Shown in pieces: positions 12,161 through 22,182 of a stretch of DNA of 64,000 nt. The position numbers and the translations under genes are program-made. The stretch is from Cyanophora paradoxa CCMP329. Lineage: Eukaryota > Plantae > Glaucophyta. Under the pieces are notes generated by a model. That model saw nothing but the letters and a program-made list of their open reading frames with translations, ran no database searches and had not been told where the DNA came from. How positions within the stretch are numbered: the stretch's first letter is position 1; each line of letters starts with the position of its first letter. Location: the NCBI GenBank assembly GCA_004431415.1, contig QPMI01000515.1:1-64000 (forward strand), read 5' to 3'.

Positions 12161-12345
12161 TGGTTGACTTAGTGGGTGGAGTTGAGGCACTTTTTATTTC
12201 TTTTTAGGGCAGAGTCCTCTTTTAGAATCTGTGAAAAAATGAGTCAACTCCCCCCACTTAGTCAACCTAATCGATAAATAAACCATAAATAAAAGACTGT
12301 TTGGGTCTTTTATGATAAATTTGAGTCAACTGTGAGTCCACTTTT
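12161..12345 (-). repeat. Inverted copy of the terminal iteron-like unit (candidate replication origin)
   Basis: GGTTGACTTAGTGGGTGGAGTTGA...TCAACTCCCCCCACTTAGTCAACC inverted repeat; the whole unit matches 32141-32330 in reverse orientation. Confidence 0.75.
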
Positions 12346-12353
12346 GAGTAAAC

Positions 12354-14947
12354 CTAAACTTCAACATCAGAGTCATAATCTGATGCATCAGGATCAGCAG
12401 CAGGTAGTTCTTGTTTCATCCTTGGATTAGCTTCTTCCTCAATAGTCTCATCATCTACAAGCTTCATCTTTCTGAATTCCTCAAATACTTGTGGGAATAG
12501 GAAATGATAGTATTGTTTGCCATTTGTAGTTTTCACTTGGATATATGTAACACTTCTCATTTCAGTATAATATCGGCGACTATTATAATCGTTTTTATAT
12601 TTATTGCTGGTAATAAACTCCTGGAACCACTTCCAGGTTTCCACAAGGCTACCAGACTTGCATTTATTCTCGGAAATTAAGCCTCGATCCACAAGCCACT
12701 TAGTGAACATAAGAATGATTGGAGCGCACACCTGTTGGGCTAAATAGTATTTATTTGTAAGGGGTCTATCAGCAATCCAGTTCACATCCTCACATTCAAC
12801 TTTGGTTCTCAAATAGTGGGCAATGTTTCGAATATTGCAGTGATCATTAAGCCATTTTACAAGTGGAAGGAAGTATGACCTATCCTTTGCGAATTTCTTA
12901 CTAACTTCAACAACCACAAATCGCCTATCTCCAGCTTCAATTTTCACTGGAATGTTGTTATTGCTGGTGAATATAATCCTGGCAAAGTTGCTTTTTGTGT
13001 ATGAATCTATCCCTTTGTGTTCAATTACAATCTTATCAGAAGTTATGAGATCTTTGAGCATATCATTATTTTCGAATGTGTCCTTGCCTGAGGCTTCATT
13101 CACAACAATCAAGATCTTATCCTCTCTATTGTGGGCAAATCGACCAAACAGATCCTCTTTTGGCTTTCCAGTTGCATAACTTAGGGCATCTCCAAGTATC
13201 TTCTTTTGGAAAGTATCAACCAACACATTTTTACCAGTTCCCTGCTCACCAATGAAGATTAAGGATACTCCATTGAGTTCCCCAGGCTTTTGCAGCATGT
13301 GGGCAAACCATTTCAACAGATATTCATAGGTATTTTGATCCTCACCAGACATTAAGAACAAGTGATCAAGGAAAGGCTTAATCATCTCAGCAGTTACATC
13401 CTCTGGAGCATTTTCGAATTGCTGATGGTCGACCTTCATTCCTGGATAGAGATTAAATACAGACTTGCATTTTGCACTGAGAGTAGCAGGAGGTGGGAGG
13501 AAATCCATGTAAGTTGATCTTGTGGCTGTTGGATCCACAATCCATTTCCTAAATGATTGCTCCCATTTCTCTTTCTCATTATCTGTCCCCTCATTCACAA
13601 TCACCTTATGCATCAAGTGGGGGAAATGCTTTGTAGAGAGCTTCCCAATATCTTTGGGCATCCAGCAAAGTAGTTGTTCATCCCAGAGCATCACACAACC
13701 AACATTTTCAACATGATGCATTCGAGCATTGAAATACCTCTTATGCACATTGTAATGTTCAGCCAAAGGAGGGATACTTGCAGTCTTGTAATCGATTTCA
13801 TCTGTGTCCTCTGGTAGGAATGCATACTTTTTGGGGAAGAGTTCCTTGAAAAGCTCATTGTTATCTTTGCTCAACCAATAAACCAAGGATTTGAAGGTCA
13901 ACACTTTGCCAGGCTCAGCCTTCTTCTTGCTTCTGCGAAGCTGTGTAAACTTCTCCTGGCATTCATCATAATCATACTTGTCACTCTGTTCTGAGAATTG
14001 GTGGAAGAGTTCAGCTTGCATTTTAGGGGTGAACTTGTTGTCTTCCCCAACATTGATGATGACCAGTCCTACATCAATCCAAGTTTTATACTCATTAGCT
14101 CTCTCACCATTCAGACCCATTATAACACTTTGTAGCAGTTCGAAAGTAACAGGATTTTCGGGTTCAGTGTCTTTTTCAGCTTCTACCTTCTCAGTCTTCA
14201 CTTTATCACTTTTTGGCTCCTTTTTAACTGGTTTTGGCTCAGGGCTATAATTTGCGAATGCAGAAATATTCGATTCATCCACAAGTTTAGTAGAAGCTGA
14301 GAAGAAAGATACAAAGAAGTCCTCATTTCGCATTAACACTTTGTCACAGTCAACGAATTTCTTAAAGCAAACGTTTTTATCAACATCTTTCTTTGATTTA
14401 TTTTGAGCATCCAGAGTCTCACCTTTGCAGCAATTGAGGCAGATAAGGTTCTGTGTGGAGCTGTAAACTCCACTGTCATAATCCTCATTTTTCACCAATC
14501 CCATAGCTTTGAAAAGCTTGGGGATATCTTCATGTTTGCATGCAAGCGATTTAATGATAAAGTGGGCTGAGATCTTGAACTTGGTGACATCCTCCTTGAT
14601 CAAATAAACCCTTCTATGGCGAACTGCAACAGCAATATCGTTAATCGAAGTGGTCCCAGATCGCTTCCATAGCTTATCTCTCATCTCTCTTACAACAGTT
14701 TCAGCCTCAGCATAGTTTTCAGCAATGTTCTCCTTCAAATCAGCGAATTTATCCAGGTCCAGGTAAACTCTGGTGACTTGTTCAGGCTGAATGCATTCAG
14801 CCAGGTCTTAACCTTGCTATTATCAATGGCTTCAAGGGCATCTTCAGCAGAATCAAATACATGGGTGACCTTGTTGCGATCACCAATGAGAGTACTAAGG
14901 AATGTAGCATTTTCAACAGGGGTGGCGAATTTCTCGATTTTGTTCAT
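12354..14947 (-). CDS. AEP primase-PriCT2-D5-like SF3 helicase fusion (1-nt frameshift at ~14,808)
   Basis: The frame upstream of 14738 reads ECIQPEQVTRVYLDLD (AEP DxD). Downstream: KISAH, YDSGVYS, PriCT-2 (YKTWIDVG...FSEQSDKYD), Walker A GEQGTGKN, Walker B VVNE, motif C IFTSNN and DRRF. ORF 14735..14947 supplies the N-terminus. Confidence 0.9.
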
Positions 14948-15164
14948 TTTCGATTTTGGGGACTTCTACCTTTAACGAAGAAAATAATTTCGGAAGGAGG
15001 AATTGTCTTTTATATATATCCTATTATTTGCCAAGTCCTTAAGTAGTTTTGGGTCGGGATACTGTCTCGATATATAGGTACAGTTTTAAAAAAGAGGGAA
15101 GAAAGCTGTCATTTTTTTGCCTCCGATCAAATCGATTTCTACAAAATTTGTTTCGATCGAGAAT

Positions 15165-15490
15165 TTATTCTTCGATATATTTCCGAGGTCTTCCAACCGG
15201 TTTATGCTCTTTGGGTGTCTTGGGTAGTTCGTCTTTTTTCTTGTGGTAGTATTCCAGCGCTTTCGCCTTTTTCTGTTCGCGATATTCTTCATTTTCCCTG
15301 TATTTCCTCTGGTGTCTGAGGGCAATCTTTTTGAGTTCTTCTGGTGTGTGAACTGTAGCGGCTCCTTGGGATAATCGTTCCTCCTTCTTTTATGATAGGC
15401 TTCGCGTTTTCTTTGGGCATCTTGCTCCCTTTTCAGTCTCAGCTTCTCTGCTTTTTCATCATCTGTGAGTATCTTGCGGATATTCGGCAT
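15165..15490 (-). CDS. Small basic AT-hook protein (1-nt frameshift in an A-run at ~15,390)
   Basis: The corrected frame reads ...RHQRKYRENEEYREQKKAKALEYYHKKK...PVGRPRKYIEE*. Confidence 0.6.
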
Positions 15491-15642
15491 TTCTCTTTAA
15501 TAGTAGATACGAAAATAATTTTTCCTCAATACAACCTATCTACTTTTTCTTTAAGTCATTTTTTGTTGCGAACACCAGTTCCTGTCTGTAAACTTTAATA
15601 GCTGCCTCAGTAGCATACTGAGACCGCTTTTTCTCAAGTATC

Positions 15643-15888
15643 TTATAGACCTGTGGGTCCATTGCTACTATCAGTAGGCAAATAATATTTAATCGGTCTC
15701 CCTCTGGGTCTCTGCTCCTCTTTTTGGGCTTTTCTGCGATAATAGGATGCCAGGGCTTGTTGTTTCTTATACTCTCTATATGCTGGGTCCTCTCTATATC
15801 GTTTCTGCTTTGCTAGAATGTGTCTAATAGCACCCTCAGTTAAAGGCTCATCACTAGTAAACTCGATCAAACTAATTGTATCCTCCAT
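15643..15888 (-). CDS. Small basic AT-hook-like protein, similar to the neighbouring gene
   Basis: ATG at 15888; KQKRYREDPAYREYKKQQALASYYRRK...RPRGRPIKY. Confidence 0.6.
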   Translation of the reverse strand: MEDTISLIEFTSDEPLTEGAIRHILAKQKRYREDPAYREYKKQQALASYYRRKAQKEEQRPRGRPIKYYLPTDSSNGPTGL

Positions 15889-16144
15889 TAATATTTGCTG
15901 AGAAAACGTTTTCGCCTGGTAAAGAACTTCTCCTTGGATACTCCTGTTGCTCATATGTATACTCTGTGGGGTCTGCTGGCATTGACTCCACTGAAACTGT
16001 TGATCTCCTTCTCTCTCTTGCCTCAGATACATTATCCTCAGTATCTGACATCTCAAACTCTATTGTTGTGTCACAGCATCCACTGTGGCAATTGCTCACC
16101 ACATGCAGACTGAGCATCTCAATAAACTTTCGTATTATATCCAT
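15872..16144 (-). CDS. Hypothetical viral protein with an SNCHSGCC motif
   Basis: ATG-initiated ORF that tiles with its neighbours, with an AT-rich leader. Confidence 0.5.
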   Translation of the reverse strand: MDIIRKFIEMLSLHVVSNCHSGCCDTTIEFEMSDTEDNVSEARERRRSTVSVESMPADPTEYTYEQQEYPRRSSLPGENVFSANINGGYN

Positions 16145-16166
16145 GTCTCTAATAAAACAGAGAAAA

Positions 16167-16901
16167 TTAAAGCCAAACTCGTCTTTTATATACTGTTGGG
16201 GCTACTCCCTTTTCGACTTCAGCTTTGGTGGCACCAGGTTCAATAGTTCCCTTCTGGGTCTTTGTTTTCATTTCATCTACTGCCTGCTCATCAATTTGGT
16301 TCTCTTTCTTAGCAATAAACTGTTTATCTGGGACACCAGTAATGCCCATTTTATAAACTTCCTTTCGAAGCATCTCCTTTAGCTTGGATCTCTCTTTCTT
16401 CTCAGTAACATACTGCTCCAAGGCACTTGATTTGGCTTCCAGATCTTTGAGTTTAGCAGTCATCTCATCCCATTGAGCCTTGGGAATCCGATGAATATTT
16501 TGAGTGGGAGCAGTCTTGTATGTGACTTCACCAGCCATAGACTGAATTACCTTGTCTGATTCCTTACTAAGACCCTCACCTTTGCGAGCCAGTGAAAGAT
16601 CTTGCAAGCCTAAACCTTTGTCATCAGCAGCCCCAATAATTCGCCTGGCACCCTCAGCAACAGCTTTCATTTTTGAGGCTTCTGGTGAGATGTTGAGTTG
16701 GTCACTGGTTGAAGCCTGTGGGGCTTTGTCATCAACTGATTCCTCATAGGCAGCATTGAGGGGGTCTTCTTCTTGCTGTGAGGGCTTCACCTCATTCATA
16801 CCATTGAATTTCATTGGTTCAGTATTAATGGATCCATTGTTTCCACCACCTGAATAGCCAACAGCCCCAGCTGGAATCCCTATCTTTCGTTTGGGAGGCA
16901 T
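16167..16901 (-). CDS. Hypothetical viral protein (NLS-like MPPKRK start, coiled-coil), possible core protein
   Basis: 244-aa ORF directly downstream of the ATPase, with virus-like codon usage. Confidence 0.65.
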   Translation of the reverse strand: MPPKRKIGIPAGAVGYSGGGNNGSINTEPMKFNGMNEVKPSQQEEDPLNAAYEESVDDKAPQASTSDQLNISPEASKMKAVAEGARRIIGAADDKGLGLQDLSLARKGEGLSKESDKVIQSMAGEVTYKTAPTQNIHRIPKAQWDEMTAKLKDLEAKSSALEQYVTEKKERSKLKEMLRKEVYKMGITGVPDKQFIAKKENQIDEQAVDEMKTKTQKGTIEPGATKAEVEKGVAPTVYKRRVWL

Positions 16902-16929
16902 TGTATCTTTATTAGAATGAGAGATAATT

Positions 16930-17724
16930 TTATAAACCGCGTTTATATCGCATCAATTTATTGCTATGGACTTGGCTTTTCACTTCTTTAGGGGCTTCCT
17001 CTTTCTCTGGTGGTTTCAGTTCATCTTCTTTCTTCTTGGGCTTCCTGTGGAAGCGAGGAAAATCGAAATCTCCAACTAAATCGGCTTTATCAACATAGTA
17101 GCCCACATTATACTTGAAAGATGTATAAACAAGGAATTGATATGAGTGGACATACTCTTCAAACAGTTGATAGAAATCTTCTTTGCGAGGAAAAGTCGAA
17201 AACTCCTCTGCAAATGCTTCCAGCTCTTTTTGATTGCTTGCACAAACCATAATTACTATATCACTATTGCAGCGAATAACAATTGCGACCTTTCTTAATT
17301 TTTGGGAAATAGTTATAATTGATATATTGACATGTCTGCCACGAACATAAAGCATTCCCACTGTTTTATCTCGACTGAGATCCAGCTGGTCATTTTCTAT
17401 CATATCCTCTAAAATCACCAGCATATGGTTAAGTTCTTCTCCTTTCTCCCTTTTTGCCTCTCTTTCTTTTATAATTTTCGACATGTATTGGGGATCCCAT
17501 GCACCCAGTTGAACAGTAGCAGCTTTGTCCCAAAAATGTGAAAATGAGGTAGCGGATATAATAAGTGTTGTATCAATCTTTTTGGCATCATGCAGCTGTT
17601 TCAAATAATATTTTACAGCTTCTGTTTTTCCGCATCCACTTTTTCCGAGTATGAGTAGTCTGAAAGGGGGTTCTATCATTTCACCAGCCACAAATTCATC
17701 CAGATCAGAACTTGGTATTGGCAT
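16930..17724 (-). CDS. A32-like (FtsK/HerA superfamily) DNA packaging ATPase
   Basis: Walker A GKSGCGKT, Walker B LVILED, RGRHVNISIITISQ, IRCN. Confidence 0.93.
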   Translation of the reverse strand: MPIPSSDLDEFVAGEMIEPPFRLLILGKSGCGKTEAVKYYLKQLHDAKKIDTTLIISATSFSHFWDKAATVQLGAWDPQYMSKIIKEREAKREKGEELNHMLVILEDMIENDQLDLSRDKTVGMLYVRGRHVNISIITISQKLRKVAIVIRCNSDIVIMVCASNQKELEAFAEEFSTFPRKEDFYQLFEEYVHSYQFLVYTSFKYNVGYYVDKADLVGDFDFPRFHRKPKKKEDELKPPEKEEAPKEVKSQVHSNKLMRYKRGL

Positions 17725-17780
17725 TGTGTATCTTTCTATAAAGAAACAGATAAAAATAATGCAAGGTGACTGAATATGGT

Positions 17781-18712
17781 TTACAGGTTAGATAGGAATC
17801 GTTTAATGCAACCCTCAATATCAGTTTCGGTGTATGGGATTCTTAGGAGTTTGATATTATTAGCTTCACAGTACCGATTTTTAATTCCATCACGAATTTG
17901 GGTATCTTCAAAGGCCTTCTGACCTCCAAACTGTTCCACAGGTTTGAAATGTTGTATACCATCATATTCAATTGCAATTTTGAGAGATGGAATATAAATA
18001 TCGAATGGGAGAACTCTTTTATGCTTGCAATCAGGAAATCTGTGGATATTGAGAAGTCTAAACCAATTTCTTTTAGGGCTGCTTGAACTTTCGTCTCACC
18101 AATAGACGATCTACATGACAGACAGCCATACCCATTGAGAAAATCACTTGGTGTCTTTTTGAATTCAAGATCACACTTTTTACAGATAATGGTAACTTTT
18201 GTTCTTGCATTTACATACTCAACTTTAGATAAATCGTAGTTATCTCCATAGAGTTTCAAAGCTCTCTCTGTGAATTTCTCAATCCCCATTTGCAACTTAT
18301 CTTTGATGCGATCCATTTTACATTTTGCATGCCCATCACCATGCATGTGTTTGTGTGGCTTTTGATTGAAATACTCTTGACATTTCTTACAGAATATTTT
18401 AATAGGGTCTTCTCCCTTAATATAAACAGATTCTGAATAGTCATAAAGATCTCCATGCTTTTCCGTCGCTCTTTTGACAAACTGTTCAGTGGTTAATCTA
18501 TTTGACATTCCCTTTTTAATATTCCCACATGAGGGACAACCACATTTCTGATTAATATGACTATGAGCAGCTTGCCAAAACTCAGTCTTGCAGGTGTTGC
18601 ATATAATATTAATCTTCTTCATGGTCCCTTCATAGATAACTTTAGAGTAATCATAATTATAGCCATGCACTTCGACAGCTTTTTCGATAAAGGACTTAGT
18701 AGTATAAGACAT
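17781..18712 (-). CDS. Zn-ribbon repeat (DUF723-like) plus C-terminal Vsr/PD-(D/E)xK-like endonuclease (1-nt frameshift at ~18,050)
   Basis: Three repeats F..KA...HG..YDYS...Y......I.C..C. The shifted frame continues LPFDIYIPSLKIAIEYDGIQHF...RDGIKNRYC..NNIKLLRIPY to the stop at 17781. Confidence 0.8.
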
Positions 18713-18785
18713 TTTACTTTGTAAAAGATTTCAAAAATAAATAATCATTTTTTCTTTAAATGCCTTACGAGAAATGGTAAGATTA

Positions 18786-20156
18786 CTACAAATTTATACG
18801 ACGTAATCCATCTTTGTCTACAATAATAAAGCTATGCATGAGAGCGCGAACATTAACATCAATTGTCTTATCTGAAGGCATGTAGAGGGTGAGGAATGAA
18901 GATGAGGAATTTGTCAGGTCAACAAATCCACTTTGAGCAATATTTCGAATTGCCTTTTCTCCATCAAGGCAGAATGGGAGTCCTGAAAGGACATAGCGAT
19001 CAGCAACCTTATCCATGTTAGAGCATTTGAAGGCATCAGCAATTAGCTCAGCACCTTTGAGTAGGGAAATTGGCTCAGTGGCAAAAAGTCGCTGTCCATT
19101 TATTTCAGTTGTGAATGTGATGTCTTTGGAGTTGGCATAGGTCTTAAGAACACTGTGGGAGCCATTGGATTTGTCAACAGTTTCATGATCACGAACTGAA
19201 ACAAGCAGAGCATATACAAGACCTGAGATTTGAGAGAGGTTAATTCGATTGGGTTGGGCATTGCCCTTGGCAGGGAAAGCACTAGCATCTACAAATCCAA
19301 TATCAAGGGAGGGAATAGCCATGCCAGTTGTCTTAACCTTTTCAATGACAGTAGCGAAAAGCTCATCAGAAACATTAATAGCATGCATGTAAAGGCGAGG
19401 AGAAGTAATAGAAATAACAGGAGTTGTTGCACCAAGACTGAAAGTTGTGATATTTTGACCAACATGGGCAAGTGTGGCATTAGCAGTATCACCAAGACCA
19501 TCATCTTCTGTCTTATCAGCAACTGTCCCACCAACAACAGGGAGAGAGCGACCACCATAGGAAGTTTCAACATAACCCTTTCCAGCATCCTTAAACCAAA
19601 CAGTAACAACCATTTCACCAGATAAAGCACCAAGGGGAAGGTAGTGATTTAGCCAAGGCACAGGGATTTCAACAAAGAATGAGCCACCAAGGCGGTTGGT
19701 TCCATGAGCAGGGATGCCATGAACCATGCCCATTGATCGCTTCTTTTTAGCTAGTTGATCCTCCGAATAATAGACCAGGGGGAAATGAGCAAGGAAATCA
19801 GATGGAATATGGTAGGTGTAAGATCCATAGGTAATTTCAAGTCGCTGAACTAAAGCACCAACTGGGCGAGTGTATCCATTGCGAACTAGGTCAGTATCAC
19901 CAGCAAACGTGATGGCTGGAAGGTCGAAAGCAAGTTCGAGTTTTCCACAGAAATTGTAGCGAGGTAGCTTGAAGGAAATGCGATTTCCAACATTATTCTC
20001 AAAAGTATTGCTGGGATTCACAACAACTAGAACTGGCTTAGACTTGGATTCGAGACCAAGCATAAGGGAGTTATCCAGGAAAAAGGCTTTCGCCTCTTCT
20101 GGGGTTGTTAGGGCTTCTTTCAGCGAAAGTCTTTGAAGAGTGGAAGTGATATCCAT
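18786..20156 (-). CDS. Double jelly-roll major capsid protein (~456 aa)
   Basis: Size, beta-strand pattern (ISFKLP, LVQRLEITYG, FFVEIPVPW..YLPLGAL..MVVTVWF) and position between penton and ATPase; ATG at 20156. Confidence 0.85.
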   Translation of the reverse strand: MDITSTLQRLSLKEALTTPEEAKAFFLDNSLMLGLESKSKPVLVVVNPSNTFENNVGNRISFKLPRYNFCGKLELAFDLPAITFAGDTDLVRNGYTRPVGALVQRLEITYGSYTYHIPSDFLAHFPLVYYSEDQLAKKKRSMGMVHGIPAHGTNRLGGSFFVEIPVPWLNHYLPLGALSGEMVVTVWFKDAGKGYVETSYGGRSLPVVGGTVADKTEDDGLGDTANATLAHVGQNITTFSLGATTPVISITSPRLYMHAINVSDELFATVIEKVKTTGMAIPSLDIGFVDASAFPAKGNAQPNRINLSQISGLVYALLVSVRDHETVDKSNGSHSVLKTYANSKDITFTTEINGQRLFATEPISLLKGAELIADAFKCSNMDKVADRYVLSGLPFCLDGEKAIRNIAQSGFVDLTNSSSSFLTLYMPSDKTIDVNVRALMHSFIIVDKDGLRRINL

Positions 20157-20209
20157 TATATTCTCTTTTATTATACTGCAACATAAAAAATCTACCAATG
20201 ATCCTTAAT

Positions 20210-21220
20210 TTATGCGAAGTTTGTAATAACTGGATAGGAAGGGTGAAGCTGTGACATTCGCATCTTGAAGTATTCATAAACTGGGTCCCCAGCTGGCTCA
20301 TCACCATAGCGAATTTCAAAGGTAAGATGAACAGGTTGACCCTCAAAATCAATTGGTTCATTAATAGCATTTACAATATCAACCGAGAAAGTGGATAATC
20401 CAACCTTTTTATTATAGTATTTGTAAAGTGGGTGAGCTTCTGTTGAATTGTAAACAACATGCTCACCATAGTCTTTATCAGGGACCACTATTTTGTGAAA
20501 GTAACCAGTCAGAAGACCATCCCCACATTGCACCAGATCACCCAGCTCCTTTACTCTTACAAACAAAACACTGTCCCTGGTCTTCTCAGGCTCAAAAGAA
20601 GATATAATGCCATTCACGCGACCACCAGTAAAGATTCCATCAGTGAGAGCATCATAGACCTGTGATTGGATTGGGGAGTTACCATATCTTCCAGGATCAA
20701 GACCCAGCAGTCTAGCTGAACTCAACAGCTTTTGGATTGTTTGTTGGCTTGGGTTCACAGCTACTGAGAAAGCCAAGTAAAATGGTACTGCTGAGTGGAA
20801 TATAATTCGTTTCAGTGATTCATCCCATTTGCAGCGAATGGATGGTTGGGGATTTCTGCCTTCGAATTTAGAGTTAATTACATTCACCAGTTGCTGGTGG
20901 CTTTGGATGGGGGTGTTTCGACTTATAATGAATTGTTTCCATTGTTCATAGTCAGCAGCTGGGCGAACTGTTGGAATTCCTGAGCTTCCAGCTCCAGGAG
21001 TTTGTTCAGAATAATAAATGCTAAATGCATTGTCAACTGTCACATCTCCTGCTTTGGTTTCACCACTCACCATAGGGATACTGTTATAAAATTCGGCTGA
21101 GACCAGTCTCACAGCCCTCACATTCTCATAACTACTGGGGAGTCTAGCCACAAAGCTTGATGTGGGACCATCACCAGAGATTGTATTAAATGAGCTAACC
21201 TCGATGTAATCCACAGGCAT
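20210..21220 (-). CDS. Minor capsid (penton) protein 1
   Basis: N-terminal YIEVSS...SFVARLP..YENVRAVRLVSAEFYNS and C-terminal LSTFSVDIVN....IDFEG..VHLTFEI, a single-jelly-roll penton signature. Confidence 0.8.
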   Translation of the reverse strand: MPVDYIEVSSFNTISGDGPTSSFVARLPSSYENVRAVRLVSAEFYNSIPMVSGETKAGDVTVDNAFSIYYSEQTPGAGSSGIPTVRPAADYEQWKQFIISRNTPIQSHQQLVNVINSKFEGRNPQPSIRCKWDESLKRIIFHSAVPFYLAFSVAVNPSQQTIQKLLSSARLLGLDPGRYGNSPIQSQVYDALTDGIFTGGRVNGIISSFEPEKTRDSVLFVRVKELGDLVQCGDGLLTGYFHKIVVPDKDYGEHVVYNSTEAHPLYKYYNKKVGLSTFSVDIVNAINEPIDFEGQPVHLTFEIRYGDEPAGDPVYEYFKMRMSQLHPSYPVITNFA

Positions 21221-21249
21221 TCTTCTTTTATCTATATTTATATATTAAA

Positions 21250-22182
21250 ATGAACCGGCTCGTTAATATTGATAGCAGGGATAGAAGCCAAGGACAAAAT
21301 GAAAACTCTTACAGGGTCACCCTCACAACTCCAGTAGAGAGACCAAGGGAATGTAGGGTTCTCTATGCAGAGATTCCAAACAGTATCTATAACAGTGTGG
21401 GAACTGATCATCTAACAGTTCAGTTTAATTACCAAGATGGTTCATATAACCAAGTGATCACACAACAAGTGTATCCCCTTCCCAGTGGCTACATCAATCA
21501 GGGTCATTTTGGGGTCACACACCCTTATAATTATGGGCTGAACTATTCAAGCTTCCAAACTATTGCAGGCAAAACAGTAGCTTTTGAGTTCAAGATATTC
21601 TACAACCCAACAACCTATAAAGTGGAGTTTTACAGTAACCATGAGTTTCGTTTTATTGCAAGCAACCAGAGAATAGGAAAGCTTTTGGGTGTAAGTTCTA
21701 CTGAATACACTAATGGGTATTATAGCACTCCTCCTGTTGGTGGATCTCCATATCGACCTGAGAACCTTTTAAAGTATGATGGCAAACCTATTACACCTGA
21801 TCACCCAGCATGGGGAATCACCTTCTCAGGACCCAGACTCTCCTCTAAGCCCTTGCAATATTATTTTGACAGCAGGAAGATGTCTGATATGAATGCTGAG
21901 CAGTATCTGTACATGCATATTAAAGAGCTGTCCCCCTTTGCCAGCAGACACAATATAATTCCAAAATCGCAACCACAAAACCAGGGAGCTATCCTTAGAT
22001 TGCAATTGAGTAAAGATATAGGGGGCTATGTTTACCATAGTGGTGAACATGCAGAATTTATTCAAATCAATGACAGAAACCTGGTGATAAGGGAACTCAC
22101 AGTTGAGTTTAAAGATTACTTTGGTGAACTGATTGATATGAATGGAATCGATAATTCTTTTCAGTTGGAGTTTATCGAATAA
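21250..22182 (+). CDS. Minor capsid (penton) protein 2
   Basis: LVNIDSRDR...AEIPNSIYN...YLYMHIKEL...LTVEFKDYFGELIDMNGIDNSFQLEF. Confidence 0.82.
   Translation: MNRLVNIDSRDRSQGQNENSYRVTLTTPVERPRECRVLYAEIPNSIYNSVGTDHLTVQFNYQDGSYNQVITQQVYPLPSGYINQGHFGVTHPYNYGLNYSSFQTIAGKTVAFEFKIFYNPTTYKVEFYSNHEFRFIASNQRIGKLLGVSSTEYTNGYYSTPPVGGSPYRPENLLKYDGKPITPDHPAWGITFSGPRLSSKPLQYYFDSRKMSDMNAEQYLYMHIKELSPFASRHNIIPKSQPQNQGAILRLQLSKDIGGYVYHSGEHAEFIQINDRNLVIRELTVEFKDYFGELIDMNGIDNSFQLEFIE

Noticed and set aside
14800-14815. Programmed -1 ribosomal frameshift in the primase gene
   Set aside because: No canonical slippery heptamer, and the same one-base-loss pattern occurs in several unrelated genes.
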